This document shows positions 14,410 to 33,548 of a stretch of DNA of 64,000 nucleotides, piece after piece. The position numbers and the translations under genes were made by a program. The notes under the pieces were generated by a model, which worked only from the letters and a program-made list of their open reading frames with translations, had not been told where the DNA came from and made no database searches. The stretch comes from the human T2T-CHM13v2.0 reference genome, Homo sapiens: assembly GCF_009914755.1 (NCBI RefSeq), contig NC_060925.1; one strand, 5' to 3'. Numbering within the stretch: the stretch's first letter is position 1; each line of letters begins with the position of its first letter.

Positions 14410-14763
14410 TGTATTAGTCCATTTTCATGCTGCTGATAAAGATATACCCAAGCCTGGGCAATTTACAAAAGAAAGAGGTTTAATGGACTTACAGTCCCAC
14501 ATGGCTGAGGAGGCCTCACAATCATGGCAGAAGGCAAGGAGGAGCAAGTCACATCTTATGTGGATGGCAGCAGGCAAAGAGAGAGCTTGTGTAGGGAAAC
14601 ACCTCCTTATAGAACCATCAGATCTCGTGAAACTTACTCACTATCATGAGAAGAGCATGGGAAAGACTTGCCCCCAGGATTCAATTACCTTCCACCAGGT
14701 CCCTCCCACAACATGTGGGAATTCAAGATGAGATTTGGGTGGGGACACAGCCAAAGCATATTA
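14410..14763 (-). mobile_element. THE1B-like (MaLR) solo LTR
   Basis: tgtattagtccattttcatgctgctgataaaga...cacagccaaagcatatta with 5-bp TSD CTAAG. Confidence 0.9.
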
Positions 14764-17700
14764 CTAAGCATATGTGTCTGCTGTCATTACAAGGGAGATG
14801 GCTAAAGTTCACTATTTTCTGGGAGCATCCCATAACTGAATTTTGTAGATTCTTTGTATGCAACACTGCTTCTGTGATGTAGTTTCTGTACGAGCTTGCT
14901 AGACGTATTCCCTTTTACACTTAGGATGCAATATTCTGTATGCCTCATAACATTATGACACTGTGACACCATGTCCTAGTGCTGATCTAGATGTCATTCA
15001 TTAAATAAATTATGTCACTAAATGAATCCAACTGTGGTATAATTTCACCCCTGGGAGAATTTTTTTTAATTATCTCCTTCATTCACCAAATAATATTTTA
15101 GACAATATTAATTCATTTATTTATGAAATAATAAACGAAGACTTTCATTTATTCAGTTCCTATGGGAGAAAAGCCTTTTCCCCATAGCTCCTCTAAGAAA
15201 GCTGCTAGCCCTGAAACTATATGGAAGGAACCCAAAACAGTTTGTGCTCCTATTTAATAACCAAGAAACAGGTGGGAACCCAGGAGTACTTTATTATTGT
15301 GTATTTCTTGAATATCTACTATGCGGCAATAATCATTTTAGGTGTTAAATTCAGGCCACACTAAGTGGGCAAGGTGAACTTGTTCCTTCTCTTCTTGGAG
15401 TTTAGTGCCTAATGGGGACACAGCCTAGGTGACAGGCAATTCCAATAATAAGTGCTGGGAGAGGATGACAATGAGAAGCAGATGTAATGCAAAGAAAAGG
15501 TATCAACCCTCACCAGAGAAGGTTTCTCTGCGAAAAAAAAAAAGAAAGAAAGAAAGAAAAGAAAGAAAAAAAAAATCTGCCTCAACTGAGACCTGAAGGA
15601 TGAGAGTGCATTATCCTGGAAAGAGAGAAAGGAGAGCAAGAGAGGATGTGTTCTGGGCAGAACAGACATGATGAGGGCTAAGAGGCGAAGGAAGACCTGG
15701 TACATTTGCAGCATCATAATGGGTTTTATGCTCAATGTGGTTTGAGCTTAGAATGCAAAGAAAAGTTGAGAGCTGATACTGAAGACTGTCCCTGCTTGGC
15801 ACCCGGACAAGAAGAGTGGAGTGTAGAAATGGCAGGTACTCAGCATAAGTATGTGCAAACCCCTGATGTTTAGCTTTTATCATAGCAGTTATATGATAAA
15901 AGCCAGGGGGTTTGCACACAGTTATGATGAATACCTGCCATTTCTGCCAGCATCCTACACTCTGGCTTCTAGTAATAAATTATCAGTTTTACTTTTATGA
16001 ACTTCCCTGCCCCCTCTCAGTTTATTTGCCATGTGTGAGACTGACCCCATCTCTTGCTCTATGAATGAGCACAAAATTTAGACCTGGACAGTAAGAGTCT
16101 TGCATCTCCCTGGCCATGGTGATTAACTCAGCAGTCAGCACATGTCCAGAGACATTCCAAAAAGCAGGCACCCGGAACTTATGCTTGAACTACTGTGAAA
16201 GAAGGATGTTTCTCACTGGGTTGACTGACATAACAGAATGTCAACCTACAGCAGCAAGCAGCCATCTGTCCACCATTTATTCATTCAATAATTAATGACT
16301 GAATAACTATTATGTGCCTCATGTTGTAGGCATTAGGAATACAAAAATAAAGACATAATTCTATTTCTCAGGTTTTCACCATTAACTGGAGAGACAAATA
16401 AAATAAACCAATCACTTTAATAAAATGTGGTAAGTGTTAGGGTAGAAGTTACATACATTATTATATGCAGAGGGAAAGGCAGCCAACTAAGAGAAAGCTA
16501 TGTTCAGGATGGGCCATGGTGAGTTGAGGTGCCTGCAGGACAATGTACTGGAGGTGTCTTAGGCAGTAAATATGAGTCAAGAGCTCCCAAGAGAAGTCTG
16601 CAGAGACACACACCTGTGGTGGGTGGTATTCATTTGTTTATACTTTGCTTCTTTCCTGAAGATTTGTATGTGCTTTGATTTAGGCATTATCAGCATACAA
16701 GTCATAATTAAAATCTCAGATATGAATCAGATTGTCAAAGAAGAGCACAGACTTCAAAATAAGAAAATAATAGTTTAAGGTAAAAAGCAGAGGAAGAGAA
16801 GTAATGAAGACTAAGAAGGCAAAGTCAGAACAGCATCAAAGGCAACCAAGGGAGGAGAGGCTGTCAAGAAAGGCATAAAGACAACAAACACAGTAAGACA
16901 TCAAATTACATAAGAACTCAAAAGTGCCCACTGGAGTCCATAGGGTTGGTGAAAGGGTCAGAAAAGGGAGAAAACAGTAAGGAGGGATTGTGTTTGCTCA
17001 TTGGCTGGTTTGGTGGGTAGTCGGTTGGTGTATTATAAAATGGGAGAGACTTAAAGATGTTTTTACTTGTGGTGGAAAGCCAGTGGAAAGACTGAAGACA
17101 CAGGCAGAATAAAGGAACTGAGTGATGAGTGTGGTAGTTCCAGAGGAGGCTTATGGGGATAAGTAATCCAAGAGAAGGGATTTGTCCTGGGTCAGGAAGT
17201 ACACCTCTCTCTTGGGGAAGGGAGGCAGGCAGCAAGGGTATGAATGCCCATGCAGATAATTTTGTGAGCTAGGCTAGCAGGGCTGATGGACAATAAGTCT
17301 ACATAAAAATTGTGCTTTTTAAAAATGGATTTGATCCATCATTCTACTAACGTGTTATGAATCTCCTACAACTTCCAAAGTCAAAAAGGACTGAACTGAT
17401 GGTGAGGAGTTCTAGGAAGCTGAGGCTGCACTGCATGGCCACCAATGGTGGGTATTTTCTGTTCTACTTGAAACCATAGCCTGGCTAATTTTTATTTTAG
17501 TTTAGTTTTTGACTCAGTTAAATTTATTTCAAACCTTAAGCCTATGGGTCACACTTATTTCAAGCAATTTCATTTTCTTAAGAGTCAGGCTGTTGTGTCT
17601 TTGCCTCTCAAAAGTCAGCAGCAGTTGAAAAGGTACTTGTTCCAATCAATAACCATTTGAAAACAGAAATAGATATTTAAGATGAGTCTGTGTGGAATTG

Positions 17701-20241
17701 CTCCTTTTAAGACATCTTTCTCAAAAGCAACCTTTCCACCTATCAACATTACACTGTAAATGGGCCCATTTAGGAGAATCCTTCAAGTTTCTATTATAGA
17801 ATATCTCAATCTGATGAGGCCTGGCTGGTGACATGTGAGATCCATTTCAGAAATAAAGCACCTGTCCCCGAATTGGATGTGGAGCTAAGGTAATGCTGTG
17901 TGAGAAGCTGTTCAGCAAGGGGAAAATTCACACTAGGTGAGCAATCAATTACTGAAGAGGTTATCCATCCCAATGCATTCATTTTATAGCACATAAACTG
18001 AAGCCCAGAGTGCCATATGGTTCACTGGGATCAATGCCAGGATCCGAATCCAGGTCCCCTGACTCCCAGCCCAGTGTTCATTTCTCCTCTTATAACATCT
18101 GTTACTCCTGCTGGGCAGCAGACTCCTCAGGGGCAGTGACCCACCTCTTCCATCTTGTTCACTTAGGTATCCCCCCACATAGAGAGGTGACAATCAAAAA
18201 TATCTGTTCGTCAATAAGTTAACCGTACTCAGGTTAAGCCGCTGTTGGTCACTCAGGTTTTATGCAGAGCTGAACATCAGAGTAAAAGGTCTCAACAGAA
18301 AAAAAAAAAAATCACCAACCCATAAATACATGGTTTATGATCTCTGAAAATACTAGAAACTCTAAACACGATTTCCAGGGTGGAAGCCTTGGGAACAGCA
18401 GCCACAGAGCCTCCTCTTGTGAAGAGATCCAAGCCGGAGTTCTATTGTCATGGGGTTGGCAGGCACCACACCCCTAGCCATCTATATAGCTTGAGAGCAA
18501 AAGTTTCCACACTGCCTCTAAGTCAGTTTTAACCAACTTGAATCCTCCTCAAAATATTTAACAGCCTCTCTCCTTTTCCCAAACACTGTAACTGCTAAGC
18601 TTCCTTTCATCTTTCCATAATCAAACCTGCCTAAAGTTTTTTAGTAAGTTGAAATCACGTGTTCTTTTGCACATTAACAATCCATTCCATCCCCCAGGGA
18701 ACAGCCTTTGCCAGAGTATGAAGGAACTCCAAGGAGTTAGGGTTGGAAATTGGCATTAGCCACAGCTGAAGTTAGTTTTTTCAAGCAAAACCCTGTGAAG
18801 TTCTTCATTTTGCTGAAAACCATGTGCTGGCTTAATGCCTTTTTGTTCTGGTTGAGACCAAATGCTTCTCAAATGAGTCTGCTAGAAGGGTCTTTAGTGA
18901 GAACTGTATTCCCTCTTAGCATTCTTCAATTTGCATTTGGTTTGGGTTAATTGGTTAATGGTGAAAATAAGTACTTACATCGATTGCCCCTAAATCAGGA
19001 GTTGCTGCTGCTGCTTCTGCTATATCCCATCATGACAGCCTGCTGTTACTCACAGCTGGCAGATACTGTAAACTGTGTTGCCACGTCAGCTGCCCAGAAC
19101 CTTTCTGCTTCAGCAGCAGTTTCCCATCGGAATGGCTTAATAGGCAGCTCCTGAGGCTGGAAACATGATCTGACCACCATATTGAGAAGGTCTGAAAAAA
19201 GAGGCCACTCTCTGACATTACAGAAACCACACACTCCCCTTTGTATTTCTAAATGAGAGTTCCAAAGAGAACCTAACTGTTACATTGAATTCCTAAACAA
19301 TCAGGGCAGCAAGTTAATAATTGGGAAAAAATTCCATCGGGATTAGACATTGAAAAAGTGAAAATTAGGAACTCAGCATAACAGATGTTAGTTCATTATA
19401 AAATTGTTAGTTTGGAGTAGCAAAAAAGTGAAGATGTGAATGCTCATGAATAAAGAAATAGTTGGATAAATAATGAGATATTTATGTTGTGAAGCATTAG
19501 GATACCTAATAACAAATAATAAAGCTATGCCAGTTGACTTGGAAGGGTTTCTATGACATATTATTGAGTGAAAAGGTATATTATCCCACATGCCATTATA
19601 TATGCATATACAGAATTATTTCAGTTTATTTATGAGTATGTAGGTATCAAAGAAGACTATTTATATAATCAGAAGAAATAATAAAGCTGTCTTTATTAGG
19701 TAAGAATCACTGACAAGTGGTAACTTGCCTGAACTCTTAGGCTTCCAAGCCCTCTGCTGAATCTTAAATGGATCTGGGTTTTTCCTCTCTCTGTTCCAAA
19801 CACACAAAAGAATCCTAAAGATGTCTTCTGCTTATCTGGAAAAGACAAGCCACGCAAAAGAGACAATGTAAAATCCTCTTCCAGCCCAGACCTCACACAG
19901 CCCTTCCCTCTTTTGAGATTGTTCTCAGAGGCAGGTCAACTCTTCACGTCCTTTCTACAGAGGCAGGGACCCCAGAACATGTTGTTGACAGTGCTGTTCA
20001 ATCCATACTGTCTCAGATAGTGCCTCCAGGGGTGATTCAGAAATTATTTTAAAAACTACCGATTGCAGAAAAGAGGAGACTTAGAATTGATCAACCAATC
20101 CCTGCATTTTAGCACCAGCCAAAAACTGGGAAATAAGCACTTATTGATCAATGACCAAATAACCAATGCATCTTACATAATTAGAACATAAGAGAGGTCA
20201 CTATGTATTTCTCAGCCACTTTTTTGAATTAAAATGAAGTG

Positions 20242-20524
20242 AGCTGGGCAAGGTGGTTCATGCCTGTAATCCCAGCATTTTGGGAGGCTGAGCCAGGCAG
20301 ATCGCTTGAGCCCAGGAGTTTGAGATCAGCCTGGGCAACATGGTGAAACCCCATCTCTACTAAAATTATAAAAATTAGCCCTGTGCGATGGCGTGCACCT
20401 GTACTCCCAGCTACCTGGGGGGCTGAGGTTGAGAGGCATGAGGTCAAGAATTCAGTGAGTCAAGATCACACCACTTCACTCCAGCCTGGGTGACAGAGTA
20501 AGACCTTGTCTCAAAAAAAGAAAA
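20242..20524 (+). mobile_element. AluJ
   Basis: Alu dimer with an internal deletion in the right arm. Confidence 0.9.
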
Positions 20525-20796
20525 TTATGTGAGGCATATGAATGTACTTGGATGTTAAATTATCTTAATTATATAGACAACAGAAGCTTTTTTTAATGGG
20601 GAAAATTATAGAAAATTCAAGTTTTCACTCACCTTAATGGCTGTGTATGAAGTACATACAAGTGTGAAGCAGAAGGCACATATGTATTGGGTATTTATTA
20701 CCCTGGAATGGAGGAAGTTCTCAATGTTAAATAGGGAAGAGTCCTGATTTGGGTAAAATTTCTGAATTGTACAACTGTTTCCAAAATAACTTTTTA

Positions 20797-26973
<6,177 letters not shown>

Positions 26974-27066
26974 AAATAACTTTTTAAAAAGAAATGTTCT
27001 TTTACTTCCACTACAAAAATAATTCAAAGTAGAGTCCTAAACATTTTTTGTAATCCTAAAGTATCT

Positions 27067-27422
27067 TGTCTCAGTTTGTATGGGCTGCTGTAACAAAATA
27101 TCATAGGTTGTGTGGCTTATAAACAGCTGTTTAGTCCTCACAGTTCTGGCATCTCAAAAGTCCAAGCTCGAGAGGATGGCAGATTGAGTGTTTCGTGAAG
27201 ACCCATTCCTCATATGCAGACATCTCACTGTGACCTCGCATGGTGGAAAGGATGACTGAGATCCCTCAGGCCTCTTTTGTAAGGGCATTAATCCCATTAA
27301 TAATGGTTCCACCCTCATGACCTAATCACCTCCCAAAGTCCCCACCTCCTGATACCATTACCTTGGGAGTTAGGATTTCAACATATTAATTGTGGGGGAA
27401 AACAAACAATCAAACCATAGCA
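27067..27422 (-). mobile_element. MLT1A-type MaLR LTR
   Basis: tgtctcagtt...gggctgctgtaacaaaata...accatagca. Confidence 0.8.
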
Positions 27423-27472
27423 CTTATCTCTAATTCAACCCATAATTTTAGACAGAAATAATCAGAGATTCA

Positions 27473-27771
<299 letters not shown>

Positions 27772-28532
27772 AGAGATTCAGAAAGGTTAAATAACTTGCC
27801 AAGGTCGCACAGTAGAACTCAGGGCTTTTGGCTCTCAAAGATCCCAAAACATCGTGCTGCAAATATTAAAAGCAGTTCTTGTGGAAAGTGGCTTGTCATA
27901 ATTAGAAAAGACACTCATAATTACCATATTCTTGCTTTGTGTGCAAAGAGCACTTCCTGAGATTTATGCAAAGAATAATTAAATATGGCCTGCATTTGCC
28001 ATCTTGTCTCGCAATTAGTTTATTCTCCTTTAGGTTGTTCATAATTACTCAACTAGACGAAATTAAGGATACAAGTAGATATCCATAAAGAGCAGAATGT
28101 GAACAAATGCCAAGTGTGTGATATCAACATTAAGTGCTGTGAGAGGTCAGCAGTGGGAGATGAATTCAAATTAACTTGGGGTGGTGGAGAACAAAAGATT
28201 CGTGAAAAAAGAAATAAGAAGGAATATTAAAAGATTTCTTACCTGCGAATGTTGCACATATTTAAGAACATTTGTATTACACAGGCTCCTATTTGATAAT
28301 ATTGAGCTTTAGTTTACATGGAACTTGTGACCCCCAATCCTAAGACAATATTGCAACCTCATTTCCCACACATGTCCCCTATTTAAAAAGAGACACATTT
28401 GGAATATGTGCAAAAAGCGTACATCCACATACTCATAGACCTGCATTTTCTTTGGTTCAGACAGCTTGGATAAATTAGGGAAGTTACTAGACTTGTCTGC
28501 ATGTAACTAAACAATAGAATAAAAATGAAAGC

Positions 28533-29198
<666 letters not shown>

Positions 29199-29903
29199 TT
29201 AGCTCAGACTTCACTAAACCAAAACCCATGGCAGAAAATAATAAGTATAAATGTTTCTTCTCGAAAGAATTTTAATCTCCAATACTTAAGCTAAATTACT
29301 TATTTACAATAGACGAGAAATCTCACGTTTATCCACCACGAGTCTGAGTCAAGTATTGGGAAAACATCTTGAACTCCTCAGGAGTGACTATGTAAAATGT
29401 GAAAAGCCCCTTTTTAGAGCAAAGGCAGTATATCACATGGTTATGTGTGTGGGCTCTGAAGACATACTGCCAGGCTGGGTCCTGGTTCTGCCACTCTCTA
29501 GTTCCATGATATCAGGTAAATCATTGAATCTCTCTGGGCCTCAGCTTCCTTATCTGTGAAATGGGGTTAGTAGTAACTACCTCAAAGGTTGTTGTGAAGA
29601 GTGATTGAATCATTACCAGTAAAGCATTTAGACTATTGCTGCAGCCTATGGTCTATACCTCTAACTTAATAGTAATTAGTAAATTGTTATGCTATTATTT
29701 AACAATTGTTGAGTGCTTACAGTTTGTCAGCTTTATGCTGTTTTTTATATGTATATAATTTTATGCAATCCACACAGCAGCCCTTTGATGTAGCTACTGT
29801 CATCCATCCCCTTCTATTATAGGTGAGAAAACTGAAGCTCAGAGAAGGTGGGTAATTTGCTCAATGGCCCACAGCTAGCAAGGATAGAACCAGACTTTGA
29901 GTC

Positions 29904-30184
29904 GGCTGGGTGCGGTGGCTCATGCCTGTAATCCCAGCACTTTGGGAGGCCGAGGCAGACGGATCACGAGGTCAGGAGATCAAGACCATCCTGGCTAACA
30001 TGGTGAAACCCCATCTCTACTAAAAATACAAAAAATTAGCCAGGCGAGGTGGCGGGCGCCTGTAGTCCCAGCTACTCGGGAGGCTGAGGCAGGAGAATGG
30101 CATAACCCGGAAGGTGGAGCTTGCAGTGAGCTGAGATCGCGCCACTGCACTCCAGTCTGGGCGACAGAGCAAGACTCCGTCTCA
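29904..30184 (+). mobile_element. AluY-type element lacking a poly(A) tail, inserted in a MIR
   Basis: AluY diagnostics (gaccatcctggctaac, ggagcttgcagtg) and an 18-bp TSD AGAACCAGACTTTGAGTC at 29886-29903 and 30185-30202. Confidence 0.93.
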
Positions 30185-31380
30185 AGAACCAGACTTTGAG
30201 TCTAGGTCTAGTATGAATCAAGAGCTTGAACTTTTAATCCCTGTTTATACTTCCTCCCAAGTCAGCAGTTCAAAAATATACAACATAGACCCATTCCTCT
30301 GCTCATCCATTCACTGGTTCATTCGCTGAGAGCTGGCTGTGTGCCAGGCACTGTCCCTGGTGTAGTGGGTGTAGAGGTGAAACAGATAGACCAGAAGGGT
30401 GCTGCCTGCATGGAGCCTAGGCACCAGGGAGGGAGGGAGGGAGACAAGAGAACAAAAATAAACCCATCATGTAATGCCAGCGGGGGTAAGTGCATAAGGA
30501 AGGGTCAGAGGATAGAGAGCATCAGGGCCCGGATGGGAGGCTATTTTAGGCAGAGAAGTCAGGGAATACTTCTTTGAGAAGTGGAAATGAATCCGGTGAG
30601 GGGTTTTTCGTGGCAAGAATGGCAGGGGGAAATGTAGAAGACAGAGTGACTGTAAGTGCAAACGTCTGGAGGCAGAAATGAGCTGTGCCTATTGGAAGAG
30701 TGAGGAGGCAGAGATACTAGAGGGAGTTGGTTTGGAGAGAGAAGGTGTAAAATAGCCTCTCAAAGAATAGGAAAGTGAATTAACTAGGGAAATGAGGCAG
30801 CACTGCCAGGCACCACTGAGAATCCACTTGCACTCTGTGCATAAAATTAAGACCAGTAAGTCAGCTATGTATTTTTATCCAGCCACACTCTGAGATTTGG
30901 TGCCAGGATGCAGACCTGAATTGGTGAGTAGATTTTTATCAGGTCTGGGGTTTGCCAGGGGAAAGCATCGGAGAAACACGAGAGCCAGGGAGTTGAACAG
31001 GGACCATGGACTCAGGCTGGGAAAGGAAGGATAAAAGGGGAACCTGAGGGTCATGATGGACAACGAAAAAGTATATGGATTAGGGAACCTGGTGAGGCCA
31101 GATGATGGTCAGAGTTGGGGTTCTAGAGGGAGGAACTGGAAGTGAGGAGGTGGTGGTCAGAGTAGGATGCCAGAAATCCACATTTTTGAGGTTGGAACAA
31201 ATACTAGGAAAGCCAATCACCATAGCATGACTGAGAGCGGGTGGCTGAGGGAGGAGGAAGGGCTGCTGGCTCTAAGGAAGGTAAGAAATCAAGAGGCCAG
31301 AATACTACCTGCATCACCAGCTTCTCCAACCTGGCCACATTCTAGAATGACCTGGGAGCTCTTAAAAAAGGCACATGCCA

Positions 31381-31681
31381 TCTCGGTGTGGGGACTCACA
31401 CCTGTAATCCCAGCACTTTGGGTGACCGAGGCAGGTGGATCACTTGAGGTCAGGAGTTTGAGACCAGCCTCGCCAATGGTGAAACCCTGTTTCTACCAAA
31501 AAGTACAAAAATTAGCCGGGCATGGTGGTGTGTGCCTATAGTCCCAGCTACTCGGGAGGCTGAGGTGGTGAATTGCTTGAACCCAGGAGGGAGAGGTTGC
31601 AGTAAGCCAAGATGGCGCCACTGCACTCCAGCCTGGGTGACAGACTGAGACCCTGTCTCAAAAAATAAAATAAAATAAAAA
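31381..31681 (+). mobile_element. AluS inserted in a MER5-type element (~31330-31815)
   Basis: Alu dimer with TSD CACATGCC and MER5-like flanks. Confidence 0.85.
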
Positions 31682-32334
31682 TACACATGCCTCCAACTCC
31701 CCAAAGATTCAGGCTTAATTGGGAAGAAACAGGGAAAGAGGAGAGAAGCTTAATGGTGGGCATTTTTAAAATCTTCCCAGACAATTGTAAAGCGCAGCCA
31801 GGGGTGGGACTGACTGAATTACGTGGACAATGCAATCACCAAGAGAAGAGCAAAGGAGAGCCGGCAGGGGCTCAAAGCTTCACTCAGTGGGAAGAGTGAC
31901 AGCAGGCTGGTAAGAGGCCATGGCACAAGAGGCTTACACAGATTCCCATGGCCTGTGCTTCCAAGCTCGGGGGAGGGTTAGGGAGAAGCATAGCCTGGGA
32001 GTGGCCATGAGGAGCAATGCAGATACCTACCCCACCATCAGGCCCTGGTACATTTGAGGGGTGTCCCCCTGTCCCCAGGAGCTAGTCGGGCATCATTTAG
32101 AGCACAACAGTGAGGTTGAGGATATAGAGGAAGGGGCTAGGGGTCAGGCGCCTGGGAGATGAAGTCAAATAAAGAACCATACAGAGCTGTGTAGGGGAAG
32201 GGCCTGGGAGCCTTGTACTCAGGTAATCACCAGGTAGGGCACAGCGGGATTAGGATCAAGGCCTTTTAGGTGAAGGTGGGTAATCTATTCTAATTAGAGC
32301 TTCTCTTTTGTATTTTATTTAGACTCTTGGGCAG

Positions 32335-32793
32335 CATATTAGTTTCCTGTGGCTGCCATAACAAATTACCACAAACTTTGTAGCCTAAAACAACAGAAAT
32401 GTATTCTCCAATGATTCTGAAGCCCAGAAGTCTGGAATCGAGGTGTGGGCAGGGTCACGCTCCCTCTGCAGCCTCTAGAGGAGAACCCTTTCCTGCCTCT
32501 TCTGGCTTCGGGTGGCTCCCAGCCAGCCTTGACATTCTCTGGCTTGTAGCTGCATCAGCCCAATTTCTGCCTCCATCTTCACACGGCCATCTTCCTTCTG
32601 TGTGTGGCCAAATCCCTCTCTCTCCTTACAAAGATGGCAGACCCTGGATTTATGCCTTGAGCCAATCCAGTATGGCCTAATCTTAACTTGATTACATTTG
32701 CAAATACCCTATTTCCAAATAAGGTCGCATTCACATATACCACAGGCTAGAACTTCAACATATCTTTTGGGGGACACAATTCAACTCACAGCA
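32335..32793 (-). mobile_element. MLT1B/C-type MaLR LTR
   Basis: ttagtttcctgtggctgccataacaaattaccacaaac...ggacacaattcaac. Confidence 0.8.
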
Positions 32794-33442
32794 GGCAGTT
32801 GGTGAAAGCGATGTGACATCTGGGAATGGGGTTCCCACCTAAATAACACCAGCTCTTTGGGCCACTATGAATTCCACTGAGAGGGTGTCACAGCCAGAAG
32901 AGCGTCAGCCATAGGCCTCCTTTCTGGCCCTCTGTGTCAGGGCAGGGGAAAGACAGTCTCAGCAGGCACAAACACAGCTCCATGGGCCTCCTCAAACCCA
33001 CTTGAGAGAGAAAACAAAGCTCCACCGGGAAAATGCATCGTCACAGTGGATAAACAAGTAAACTCTCTGTTCATAGCAGGTCAGCAGTGTCTTTGAATAC
33101 ACATATTGCATATATTTGATGAGAAGCCACAATCTGACAAGAGAATGAAAGCCTAAAAAATGTCCTGCTAGCTCATCATTAGCAACAAGCAGTGAAACTG
33201 GACCAATCAAGACAACAAAAATAACCTGTGTTGTGTGGCAGAAGCTAATTTCGTTAAATGGGTAAAGTACTCCATCTATCAATTATCAAGAATTAAGTGC
33301 CTAATATTGCAATGTTAACACAGGAAAAATAAAATGCCCAGCGCCCTCCTGTGCTTACCCACTAGTTGGGGATGTGAAGAAAACTAGAGCCACATATTAA
33401 AGACAGGGTATAGTTAATTGTTAAATTGTATGATGTAGATAG

Positions 33443-33548
33443 ACTCAATAACACAGAAATACAAAAATAGGAGAGATCAAAGATTGAGGATTACTCAATA
33501 ACACAGAAATACAAAAATAGGAGAGATCAAAGATTGATGATTACTCAA
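33443..33548. repeat. 50-bp tandem duplication (2.1 copies)
   Basis: ACTCAATAACACAGAAATACAAAAATAGGAGAGATCAAAGATTGA(G/T)GATT x2, followed by ACTCAA. Confidence 0.95.
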
